The notes beneath the pieces are model-generated. The model had not been told where the DNA came from. It saw only the letters and a program-made list of their open reading frames with translations, and did no database searches. A program made the position numbers and the translations under genes. A stretch of 64,000 nt of DNA from Anaeramoeba ignava BMAN (Eukaryota; Protista; Anaeramoebae): positions 26,934 through 90,933 of the forward strand of contig JAPDFW010000009.1 of NCBI GenBank assembly GCA_028826165.1, read 5' to 3'. This document shows, one piece after another, positions 1 to 10,344 of the stretch (the first letter of the stretch is position 1; each line of letters starts with the position of its first letter).

Positions 1-1058
1 TTAAATGCGGATATTTTCATTCAATAATGTTGATTGAAAATGAAAATGAAAATCCAAAAAGAAAACTTTATTCATGTGGAGATTATTCATTTAATGGATT
101 TGGGAAAGATCTAGATGTTTATGAATTTACTGAAATCAAATCATCTTTATTTGAAAATGATGATGATATTCTTGATTTTTCTTGTGGGAATTCACATACT
201 TTGATTTTAACTTCAAAAGGAAAACTGTTCGGATTTGGAAGTAATTTATTTGGTGAATTAGGAAATCGGAACACAATAAATTTTCAATTAATTCCAATTC
301 AAATTGAACTTCCTAAATTAAGATTTAAAGAAGATATTTCCAATTATCATATTTCTTGTGGAGATAATAGATCATTTCTTTATTATTCTCCTTTTTCTTT
401 TTCCAATCTTGAAGAAGATTTGATAAAATTATTTAGAAGAAAAGAATTTTGTGATATTTCATTTAAAACCAGAAAATGGAGAAATAATTAAAGCTCATAA
501 ATTAATATTGAAATATAGATTAAAAATCAAAATCAAAATCAAATTGAAAAACTTCAAGAAATTATTTCAAATAAATCAATTAAAGAATCAAATCAAATAT
601 TTGAAATGATTTATTCAAACAATTCCAAAATAAATCCAAAATTATATTCTGAAATTAAAGAAATTATAAATTCAAATGAAAAAATTGAAGAAACAATGAA
701 AAGAATTTATTTAAATGAAAATGAAAATGAAAATGAAAAAGATTTTATTATTGAAAGAAAAGAAAAACAATATAAATTTCCTAAATTAATATTAATAATG
801 AGAAGTGAATTATATCGAGGAATGTTTTTATCTGTAACTGAAGATAAATCTAATAAAGTTACAGATTATAGTGAATTAAGTAATAAATCATTTCAAATAT
901 TTGAATATTGGATTTATTCAAATCAAATCAAAGAAGAAATTCAAATTACAAACGATATAATTGATGAAATACAAATTGGAATTGATTATTTTCAATTAAA
1001 TCAAACAAATCCAAATTTATTTGATTTATTAATAAATAAATTTAAAAATAAAAATTAA
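1..1058 (+). CDS. RCC1-repeat + tandem BTB protein, 3' part (5' end outside window); disrupted by two indels
   Basis: ORFs 27-491 and 606-1058 closely match 1820-3604. A +1 indel near 471 (aaaaccagaaaatgga vs aaaaccgaaaatgga) and a +2 indel near 523 leave a TAA at 489-491. Either pseudogene or assembly error. Confidence 0.85.
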
Positions 1059-1780
1059 AAATTAAAATTAAAATTAAAATCAAAATCAAAAATCAAAATC
1101 AAAATCAAAATTAAAATTAAAATTAAAAATTAAAATCAAAATCAAAATTAAAATTAAAATTAAAATCAAAATCAAAATTAAAATCAAAATCAAAATTAAA
1201 ATTAAAATTAAAATCAAAATTAAAATTAAAATTAAAAATTAAAATTAAAATTAAAAAAATCAAAATTAAAATTAAAATTAAAATTAAAATTAAAATTAAA
1301 ATCAAAATCAAAATTAAAATTAAAATTAAAATTAAAATTAAAATTAAAATTTAAAATTAAAATTAAAATTAAAAATTAAAATTAAAATTAAAAAAAAATT
1401 AAAATTAAAATTAAAATTAAAATTAAAATCAAAATCAAAATCAATATTAAAAATCAAAATCAAAATTAAAATCAAAATCAAAATTAAAATTAAAATTAAA
1501 ATTAAAATTAAAATTAAAATCAAAATCAAAATTAAAATTAAAATCAAAATCAAAATCAAAATTAAAATCAAAATCAAAATCAAAATCAAAATCAAAATTA
1601 AAATCAAAATTAAAATTAAAATTAAATTTAAAATTAAAATTAAAATTAAAATCAAAATTAAAATTAAAATCAAAATTAAAATTAAAATTAAAATTAAAAT
1701 TAAAATTAAAATTAAAATTAAAATTAAAATCAAAATCAAAATTAAAATTAAAATCAAAATTAAAATTAAAATCAAAATAA
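1040..1780. repeat. (AAAATT/AAAATC)n hexamer microsatellite
   Basis: Directly visible. It runs on from the end of the RCC1-BTB CDS and produces the spurious ILILIL ORFs. Confidence 0.97.
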
Positions 1781-1819
1781 AAATTCCAAAATCATTTTTT
1801 CATTTTTTTCTTTTCAAAA

Positions 1820-3604
1820 ATGAATGATTGTTTATTTTTTGGAAGAAATAAAAATTCAATTCTTATCAAGAATAAACCAGATTCAATAGCAAAACCAACT
1901 CAATTTAAATTTGAAAATGAAAATGAAAATGAAAATGAAAATGAAAAAGAAATTAAACAAATTTCATCAGGTCTTTATTCAACAATTTTCCTTTTTGAAA
2001 ATGGAAAAGCAATAGAATATTTAAAAGAAAATGATTCAAATCAAAATCCTGAAAAAATCCAAATTGAAGAAAATATTCAAAAAGTAACTGTTGGTTATGC
2101 AAATGAAGCTATTTTAACAATAGAAGGAAATGTATTTGCCAAAGGATATGATATTAATCCAAATAATCCAAATAAATTTATCAATATTTCATCATTAATT
2201 GAAGATAAAAATGATAAAATAATTCAAGATGTTATTTCTGGAATATATTCGATTTACTTATTAACTTCAAATCAAAATGCTTATGGAATTGGTTCAAATC
2301 AATTTGGTCAACTTGGTTTCGATTCTGAAACACTTCAAGAAACAGAAAAACCAATTTTAATGATGAAAAATGTTTCTAAAATATTTTCAGGAAATTCTTC
2401 AGATTCTGTTTTTCTTTTAAATCCAAATCAAGAATTATTTGGATGCGGATATAATCAATATGTTCAACTCGGATTAGGAGAATTAGTAAAAGAAACAAAA
2501 ATTCAAAAATTAACCAAAATCCAAAATATTCCAAAAGGCAAAATAATTGATATTCAATGTGGGTTTTATCATTCAATAATGTTGATTGAAAATGAAAATG
2601 AAAATCAAAATGAAAATCCAAAAAGAAAACTTTATTCATGTGGGCATTATCAATATAATGGACTTGACACAAATGTCTATGAATTTACTGAAATCAAATC
2701 ATCTTTATTTGAAAATGATGATAATATTATTGATATTTCTTGTGGTGATGATTATACTTTGATTTTAACATCCAAATCAAAACTAATAGGATTTGGAAGT
2801 AATTATTTTGGTCAATTAGGAAATCGGAACACAATAAATTTTCAATTAATTCCAATTCAAATTGAACTTCCTAAATTAAGATTTAATGAAAATATTTCCA
2901 ATTATCATATTTCTTGTGGATATGATAAATCATTTCTTTATTATTCTCCTCCTTCTTTTTCCAATCTTGAAGAAGATTTGATAAAATTATTTAGAAGAAA
3001 AGAATTTTGTGATATTTCATTTAAAACCGAAAATGGAGAAATAATCAAAGCTCATAAATTAATATTGAAATATAGATTAAATCAAAATCAAAATGAAATT
3101 GAAAAACTTCAAGAAATTATTTCAAATAAATCAATTAAAGAATCAAATCAAATATTTGAAATGATTTATTCAAACAGAATAATAAATCCAAAATTATATT
3201 CTGAAATTAAAGAAATTATAAATTCAAATGAAAAAATTGAAGAAACAATGAAAAGAATTTATTTAAATGAAAATGAAAATGAAAAAGATTTTATAATTGA
3301 AAGAAAAGAAAAACAATATAAATTTCCAAAATTAATATTAATAATGAGAAGTGAATTATATCGAGGAATGTTTTTATCTGTAACAAATGATACATCTAAT
3401 AAAGTTACAGATTATAGTGAATTAAGTAATAAATCATTTCAAATATTTGAATATTGGATTTATTCAAATCAAATTAAAGATGAAATTCAAATTACAAAAG
3501 AAATTATTAATGAAATTGAAATTGGAATTGATTATTTTCAAATAAATCAAACAAATCCAAATTTATTTGATTTATTAATTAACAAATTTAATAATCAAAA
3601 TTAA
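1820..3604 (+). CDS. RCC1-repeat beta-propeller + tandem BTB/POZ protein (594 aa, intronless)
   Basis: RCC1 motifs GxNxxGQLG and DISCGxxxTLILT. BTB motifs FCDISF...IKAHKLILKYR and KDFII...KLILIMRSELYRGMF. Confidence 0.92.
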   Translation: MNDCLFFGRNKNSILIKNKPDSIAKPTQFKFENENENENENEKEIKQISSGLYSTIFLFENGKAIEYLKENDSNQNPEKIQIEENIQKVTVGYANEAILTIEGNVFAKGYDINPNNPNKFINISSLIEDKNDKIIQDVISGIYSIYLLTSNQNAYGIGSNQFGQLGFDSETLQETEKPILMMKNVSKIFSGNSSDSVFLLNPNQELFGCGYNQYVQLGLGELVKETKIQKLTKIQNIPKGKIIDIQCGFYHSIMLIENENENQNENPKRKLYSCGHYQYNGLDTNVYEFTEIKSSLFENDDNIIDISCGDDYTLILTSKSKLIGFGSNYFGQLGNRNTINFQLIPIQIELPKLRFNENISNYHISCGYDKSFLYYSPPSFSNLEEDLIKLFRRKEFCDISFKTENGEIIKAHKLILKYRLNQNQNEIEKLQEIISNKSIKESNQIFEMIYSNRIINPKLYSEIKEIINSNEKIEETMKRIYLNENENEKDFIIERKEKQYKFPKLILIMRSELYRGMFLSVTNDTSNKVTDYSELSNKSFQIFEYWIYSNQIKDEIQITKEIINEIEIGIDYFQINQTNPNLFDLLINKFNNQN

Positions 3605-3610
3605 TAAAGA

Positions 3611-4445
3611 AAATAAGAATAAGTTTAATTTAATATTTAATTTATAAATTAATTTAAAAATATAATTTAATATTTAATTTTATTATTAAAATAATAATTT
3701 ATTGTTTTAGATTTAAATATTTTATTATTTAAATCTAAAACATATAAATATAAAAAATAAGAATAGATTTAATTTAATATCTAATTTATAAATTAATTTA
3801 AAAATATAATTTAATATTTAATTTTATTATTAAAATAATAATTTAATGTTTTAGATTTAAATATTTTATTATTTAAATCTAAACATATAAATATAAAAAT
3901 AAGAATAGATTTAATTTAATATTTAATTTATAAATTAATTTAAAAATATAATTTAATATTTAATTTTATTATTAAAATAATAATTTAATGTTTTAGATTT
4001 AAATATTTTATTATTTAAATCTAACATATAAATATAAAAATGAAAATAGATTTAATTTAATATTTAATTTATAAATTAATTTAAAAATATAATTTAATAT
4101 TTAATTTTATTATTAAAATAATAATTTATTGTTTTAGATTTAAATATTTTATTATCAAATATTTAACATATAAATATAAAAATGGGAATAAGTTTAATTT
4201 AATATTTAATTTATAAATTAATTTAAAAATATAATTTAATATTTAATTTTATGTTTAAAATAATAATTTAATGTTTTAGATTTAAATATTTTATTATTTA
4301 AATATTTAACATATAAATATAAAAATAAGAATAGATTTAATTTAATATTTAATTTATAAATTAATTTAAAAATATAATTTAATATTTAATTTTATTGTTT
4401 AAAATAATAATTTAATGTTTTAGATTTAAATATTTTATTATTTAA
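3611..4445. repeat. ~142-bp tandem minisatellite, ~6 copies, with internal hairpin
   Basis: Unit starts near 3611, 3755, 3897, 4040, 4180 and 4322 (aataagaatagatttaatttaatatttaatttataaatt...). Confidence 0.92.
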
Positions 4446-4851
4446 AAATATTTTGAAAATTGATTTTTTTGAAATTAAAATTTTATCTTTTTTTTTGAAT
4501 TAAATTGAATTAATATTAATTTGGAAATTTGTTTTAAAATTTAAATTTATTAATAATTTTTAAATTCCAAAAAAAAAAATTAAATTAAAAATTAAATTAA
4601 AATAATTTTCCTTTTTTTTTAATAATAAAAATTAATAAAAAATAATAATTTATTAATAAATTAATTTAAAATAATAAATTAAAAAGAAAATTAAATTAAT
4701 TATTAATTTAAATTTATTCTTATTTTTTATATTTTTATTTATTTTCAAAATCCACTTTTTTTATTCATTTTTTAAATTTTTTTTTTTCATTTTTTTCCTT
4801 TTTTTTAAAAACAAAAACACAAAAACAAAAACACAAAAAACAAAAAACAAA

Positions 4852-6549
4852 ATGGATAATAATAATAATAACCAAATTGAAAATGCAAATCAAAATCAAA
4901 ATGAAAATGAAATGAAAAATTTAGAAAAAAAAGTAACAAAAAATTTAATTAAAGATTATTCAAACCTTTTAAATGGAAATTCATTTAAAGATTTTTCAAT
5001 TTTTGTTGAGAATAAATCAAATCCTTTTGAAATTAAAGTTCATAAATCAATTTTATCTTCAAGATCTCCTTTTTTTAATGAGTCATTAAGACAAGAATCT
5101 CTTTCTATTTCTTTAAATCAATTTAATAAAAAAGAAATGGAATCAATTTTGAGTTATATTTATTATGGAAATATTTCTTTTGAGAATCAAGAAAATCTTC
5201 TTCAATTATTGGAAATTTCAATTTATTTTAAATTAAATTTATTGAAAGAAATTATTCAAAAAAAAATTTTAAATTCAATTAATTATTCAAATTTTTTCCA
5301 ATTTTTATTCCAAAATCGAAATTTAAATTCAAATGAAATTGAAATAAAATGTTTTGAATTAATAAATCAAAATTTTTCCCAAATTCAAAATAATGAGAAT
5401 TTATTCAATTTAACTAAAGAAGAAATTATCAAATTTATTCAATTTAAACAAGAAAAAAAAGAAATTTTTCAATTTGATTTTTTTCAATTTTTAAATAATT
5501 GGATTGAAAAAAGAAATCAAAGATTAAAAGGAAAGAAAGAAAAAGAAAAAGAAAAAGAAAAGGGAATTGAAAAGAAAAGATTATTTCATTCTTTTTTTTC
5601 ATTATTTGATAAAGATTCAATTTCAAAACAAGATTTTGATAAATTAAAACAATTTGATTTTTTTCCTAAATCTTTTTTAGTTGATATTCAAAACAAAGTT
5701 ATTCAAGATAATCAAAAAGAAATTGAAAAGAAAGAGAAAGAAAATCAACAAATGAAAATTGAAATTGAAGATAAAAACAAAGAAAATCAAAAACAAAAAC
5801 AAGAAATTGAAGAGAAATGGAAGAAAGAAATTGAGAATAAAGAGAAAGAAAATCAACAAATGAAAATTGAAATTGAAGAGAAATGGAAGAAAGAAGTTGA
5901 AGAGAAAAACAAAGAAATTGAAGATAAATGGAAGAAAGAAGTTGAAGAACTTAAATCCAAATTTGAATTAATGGAATTACAAAAGATTTTTTCAGATTCA
6001 GAAATTGTGAAAGATATTGAATATGTTAAGAAATTACAAGAATGGATAAATGATAATGATTTTTTTTCTAAAATGAAAAAAGGATTTTCAGCAAAAAGAG
6101 ATGGTTTTAATTCTCAAAATTGGCATAAAGCAGTTGATGGGAAAGGAAAAACATTAGTTATTATCAAAACAAAAGATAATTTTATTTTTGGAGGTTTTAC
6201 TCAAGTTGGATTTAAACATTCACAATATGGAGAAAACATTCATGACTCAAATGCATTTATTTTTTCATTAAGAAATGATAAAGGGGATAGAATACCTGCA
6301 AAGTTTACAATTCAAAAAGGTCAAGAAGGTTATGCAATTTATTCTTATTTAAGTTATGGTCCAATATTTGGTAATGGTAGTGGACATGATTTTCTATTAA
6401 GTTCTAATTTACAACCTGGTGATTCAAATTTTGGTTGTAGTTATAATCTACCTAATGGAATTACTTATAATACAGATTCAGGTAGAAGTTATTTAGCTGG
6501 TTCTGAAAATAAATGGGTTGTTGATGAAGTTGAAACTTATTTCATTTAA
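4852..6549 (+). CDS. BTB-(BACK)-coiled-coil-TLDc protein (565 aa)
   Basis: BTB: FKDFSI...IKVHKSILSSRSPFF. E/K-rich coiled coil. TLDc: SAKRDGF...GKTLVIIKTKDNFIFGGFT...AFIFSL...YGPIFG...VDEVETY. Confidence 0.92.
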   Translation: MDNNNNNQIENANQNQNENEMKNLEKKVTKNLIKDYSNLLNGNSFKDFSIFVENKSNPFEIKVHKSILSSRSPFFNESLRQESLSISLNQFNKKEMESILSYIYYGNISFENQENLLQLLEISIYFKLNLLKEIIQKKILNSINYSNFFQFLFQNRNLNSNEIEIKCFELINQNFSQIQNNENLFNLTKEEIIKFIQFKQEKKEIFQFDFFQFLNNWIEKRNQRLKGKKEKEKEKEKGIEKKRLFHSFFSLFDKDSISKQDFDKLKQFDFFPKSFLVDIQNKVIQDNQKEIEKKEKENQQMKIEIEDKNKENQKQKQEIEEKWKKEIENKEKENQQMKIEIEEKWKKEVEEKNKEIEDKWKKEVEELKSKFELMELQKIFSDSEIVKDIEYVKKLQEWINDNDFFSKMKKGFSAKRDGFNSQNWHKAVDGKGKTLVIIKTKDNFIFGGFTQVGFKHSQYGENIHDSNAFIFSLRNDKGDRIPAKFTIQKGQEGYAIYSYLSYGPIFGNGSGHDFLLSSNLQPGDSNFGCSYNLPNGITYNTDSGRSYLAGSENKWVVDEVETYFI

Positions 6550-7021
6550 AAATTAATTAATAATAAGAAAATCAAACTTTTTTTTTTTAATTTTTTTTTT
6601 CAAAATTTAATTCAATTTTAATTTACTTTTAATCAAATTAATTTCTTCAAAATAATAAATAAGAAACAAATTTTAATTTTAAATAATTTAATTTTAATTT
6701 AAAATATTTATTAAAAATTTAATTAATAAAAAATAATCCAAAAAAAAAAATAATAAATTTTAAAAAATTGAATATTTTTAATATTATAAATAAAAATAAA
6801 AATTGAAAATAGAAATTAATAATAATTAAATTTAAATTCATTAATTAAAATATTAAAATAAAAAAAATCAAATAAAATTTATTATTAATTAATATTTAAA
6901 TATTAATAAATTATAATCAAAATCAAAAATAGAATAATTAGTAAATTATTTTTAGAAAGTTTATCTTATTCAATCATGTTAAATTCAATTTATTTAAAAT
7001 TTTTTAATTTTTTAATTTTAT

Positions 7022-7517
7022 TTTTTAATATATTTTATTATAATTAAAATTGGAATAATAAATAATCAAAAATATTAATTTATAATAAATAAAAATATTA
7101 TATTCAAATTAAAATAAAATAAATTTAAATTAAATTATTATTAAATATTATTAAAATTAAATATATATCTTTATTAAAATATTTATTCCACTTTTTAATA
7201 TATTTTATTATAATTAAAATTGGAATAATAAATAATCAAAAATATTAATATAATAAATAAAAACATTATTCCAAATTAAAATAAAATAAATTTAAATTAA
7301 ATTATTATTAATTATTATTAAAATTAAATATATATATTTATTAAAATATTTATTCCACTTTTTAATATATTTATTATAATTAAAATTGGAATAATAAATA
7401 ATTAAAAATATTAATATAATAAATAAAAATATTAAATTAAATTAAAATAAAATAAATTTAAATTAAATTATTATTAAATATTATTAAAATTAGATATATA
7501 TCTTTATTAAAATATTT
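7022..7517. repeat. ~169-bp tandem repeat, 3 copies
   Basis: ttttaatatattttattataattaaaattggaataataaataa recurs near 7024, 7193 and 7360. Confidence 0.88.
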
Positions 7518-7530
7518 CAATTTTCTTCTC

Positions 7531-7805
7531 AATTTTATTAAATTATTGAGAATAATTTTATATTATTTTAAATAAAGAAATATTAATAAAATATATAAAA
7601 TATAATTAATTTTAAATTTAATTATTTAATATTCTTTATTCCATTTTTGAAATAAATTAATTCAAATATTTTATTAATTTTATTAAATTATTGGGAATAA
7701 TTTTATATTATTTTAAATAAAGAAATATTAATAAAATATATAAAATATAATTAATTTTAAATTTAATTATTTAATATTCTTTATTCCATTTTTGAAATAA
7801 ATTAA
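7531..7805. repeat. ~145-bp tandem repeat, ~2 copies
   Basis: aattttattaaattattg(a/g)gaataattttatatt...ttattccatttttgaaataaattaat occurs near 7531 and 7677. Confidence 0.85.
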
Positions 7806-8130
7806 TGAAAAAGATTTTATAATTGAAAGAAAAGAAAAACAATATAAATTTCCAAAATTAATATTAATAATGAGAAGTGAATTATATCGAGGAATGTTTT
7901 TATCTGTAACTGAAGATACATCAAATAAAGTTACAGATTATAGTGAATTAAGTAATAAATCATTTCAAATATTTGAATATTGGATTTATTCAAATCAAAT
8001 TAAAGAAGGAATTCAAATTACACAAGAAATAATTGATGAAATTGAAATTGGAATTGATTATTTTCAATTAAATCAAACAAATCCAAATTTATTTGATTTA
8101 TTAATTAAGAAATTTAATAATCAAAATTAA
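7804..8130 (+). pseudogene. 5'-truncated RCC1-BTB copy (second BTB only)
   Basis: Begins abruptly at aatgaaaaagattttataattgaaag (NEKDFIIERK) and is near-identical to ~3278-3604. The upstream sequence is unrelated repeat. Confidence 0.85.
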
Positions 8131-8255
8131 AATTAAAATCAAAATCAAAATTAAAATTAAAATTAAAATTAAATTAAAATTAAAATCAAAATTAAAATCA
8201 ATATCAATATCAATATCAATATCAATATCAATATCAACATCAATATCAAAATCAA
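8130..8255. repeat. (AAAATT/AAAATC/AATATC)n hexamer tract
   Basis: Directly visible after the stop codon of the truncated copy. Confidence 0.9.
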
Positions 8256-8271
8256 AGGAGTAGTTTAACCA

Positions 8272-8336
8272 TTTTTTCATTTTTCATTTTTCATTTTTCA
8301 TTTTTTCATTTTTCATTTTTATTTTTCATTTTTTAA
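8272..8336 (+). promoter_or_regulatory. tandem TTTTTCA(T) initiator-like motifs upstream of the Kelch-BTB ATG
   Basis: About seven copies of tttttcat lie just before ATG 8342. The same motif precedes most genes in the window. Confidence 0.55.
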
Positions 8337-8341
8337 AATAA

Positions 8342-10324
8342 ATGAACTGGGAAAAATTATCTTTTGATCATTCTATTCCATGTGCAAGAGGATTTCACTC
8401 GATCGTAAATCGCGAGTTGCAAAGAGAATTAATATTATTTGGGGGAACAAACAACGAACACAGTTTCAATGATTTATGGCGATTCAATTATGAATTTTTG
8501 CGATGGGAAAAAATCAAGGTAGAATCTAAAGAAAAACCATCACCAAGACATTCATGCACAGGAGTGCTTGTGAATGACGACGAGAAATTGCTTATTTTTG
8601 GGGGGTTTACAGGACATTATTCAGGACCATTAAATGATATTTGGATCTTTGATTTCGAATCAAATAAATGGGAAGAAATGATCCAAAAAAACACAGTTTC
8701 AGGACAAAAAGATCACACAACATGTGTGCTTGGAAATAGGGTTTATACGCTTGGAGGAGCACAAAATAATGCGTTTATGAGGGATTTAACAAATAAATTC
8801 CAGTGTTTTGACATCACAACAAAAAAATGGACTGAATTACCCTCTTTTCCTTTTAATATTCGTTGGCACACAATGGTTGCTCATAAAAATCAATTGATTG
8901 TGTTTGGAGGATATGTTAATAGTCAATATTCAAATCAAACTTGGTCGTTTGACATCAAGTTGAATCAATGGATTGAAATCAAGCCCAGTGAGTCGTTTAT
9001 TCCCGAGACGAGGGAAGGACACACTGCGGCTATGGGCCTCGCTTCTGACGCCCAGGATAATATTATGTTTGTTTTTGGAGGTCATAAATACGATCTCTCA
9101 ACTTCAACTCGTTTTTATTTGATGGAATTGCTCGCGCTCGATCTCGAAAGTAAGGCCTGGATTCGCATCAAGGAATCAGGCGATATTTCAGGCAGAAAAG
9201 CGCAGAGCTTGAATATTGTCAAGAACTCGCGGGGTTCGTTTATTATTGTGTTTGGAGGAAGATATCGTGATCCCCAATTGGATTTCCATTATTTTGATGA
9301 GTTTTATATGATGCAGCTCCAGTTTTCTGCATCTTTGCTTCATTTATACGCACGCAAAGAATTGTGCGATCTTGAAATCAAATCAAAAAACGGTGTTTTA
9401 CTTGCGCATCAATTGGTTCTTAAGCTCAGATTGCGCGAGAATTATTCAACTTTTTTAATTCGTTGTTTGGGCGAAACTTGGCAAAATGTTGATATTCAAC
9501 TGAAAAATATTTATGGAAGATATTCAAGCTCAATTCCAAAGGTTTTCGACAACATCCCTTTGAAGAATTTCCAAGACGACATGCTTGTTTTGTTTCGTGA
9601 TTTCGAAGATTCAAAAGATTTCACGATTGTCGTTCAAAAATCCGAAAAGGAAAAAAAAATCCGAGTTCATAAACTCATTCTTGCTGCAAAAAGCGATCTT
9701 TTTCGAGGGATGTTTTTGTCGGTTGTTGATGACGATTCAAACACTGCTCCTGATTTCAGTGGGAGATCATACAAGGCAGTCAAAACACTTGTCAGATTTC
9801 TTTATTTCGAAACTCTTCCATCTTCAACAGATCCTATTGTTGCTGCTGAATTGATTGATGCCAGTTCTTATTATATGCTCAGTAGTTCTTTTCTCAATAT
9901 TCTTTGCTATCAAATTATTCATGAGAATCTTAATTTGCAGAATGTGATCCAAATATTCTCAATTATATCTAAAAAATTATATGTTGATGAAGCTTATTTG
10001 ATAAGAGATGAATGTTTGAATGTTTTTCAGAAGCATTTTAGAGTAATAAATAAAGAGTTTCAGGATTTGTTGAATATTAATGAAGCTATTGAAGTTATTC
10101 AAAGTTTGATTCTTTCTCAAAGTCAATTGAATACTTTATTGAAAAGTTGTGATTCTATTAAAGATGATAATTTTCGAGAAGAAATTAAGAAGGAAGTTGA
10201 GAAATTGATTGAAAAGTCTCGACTTCATTCTACAAAAATAGAATCTCAACCTCAAACAGAATCAGATAATTCTAAGAAAAAAAAGAAAGAAAAGAAGAAA
10301 AAGAAGAAATTTTTCTTTTTTTGA
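8342..10324 (+). CDS. Kelch-repeat + tandem BTB protein, LZTR1-like architecture (660 aa)
   Basis: Six Kelch repeats (ILFGG...NDLWRF; PSPRHSC...LIFGG...NDIWIFD). BTBs LCDLEI...AHQLVL and KDFTI...VHKLILAAKSDLFRGMF. Polybasic C-terminus. Confidence 0.9.
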   Translation: MNWEKLSFDHSIPCARGFHSIVNRELQRELILFGGTNNEHSFNDLWRFNYEFLRWEKIKVESKEKPSPRHSCTGVLVNDDEKLLIFGGFTGHYSGPLNDIWIFDFESNKWEEMIQKNTVSGQKDHTTCVLGNRVYTLGGAQNNAFMRDLTNKFQCFDITTKKWTELPSFPFNIRWHTMVAHKNQLIVFGGYVNSQYSNQTWSFDIKLNQWIEIKPSESFIPETREGHTAAMGLASDAQDNIMFVFGGHKYDLSTSTRFYLMELLALDLESKAWIRIKESGDISGRKAQSLNIVKNSRGSFIIVFGGRYRDPQLDFHYFDEFYMMQLQFSASLLHLYARKELCDLEIKSKNGVLLAHQLVLKLRLRENYSTFLIRCLGETWQNVDIQLKNIYGRYSSSIPKVFDNIPLKNFQDDMLVLFRDFEDSKDFTIVVQKSEKEKKIRVHKLILAAKSDLFRGMFLSVVDDDSNTAPDFSGRSYKAVKTLVRFLYFETLPSSTDPIVAAELIDASSYYMLSSSFLNILCYQIIHENLNLQNVIQIFSIISKKLYVDEAYLIRDECLNVFQKHFRVINKEFQDLLNINEAIEVIQSLILSQSQLNTLLKSCDSIKDDNFREEIKKEVEKLIEKSRLHSTKIESQPQTESDNSKKKKKEKKKKKKFFFF

Positions 10325-10344
10325 ATTTACAAATAATTAAAAAT

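Noticed and set aside
1123-1775. ILILIL/FNFNF ORFs (also 39123, 44592, 59590, 59603)
   Set aside because: Translations of stop-free hexamer repeats with no coding features.
1820-2945. Diversity-generating retroelement behind RCC1 variability
   Set aside because: No reverse transcriptase or template repeat in the window, and the changes are not adenine-specific.
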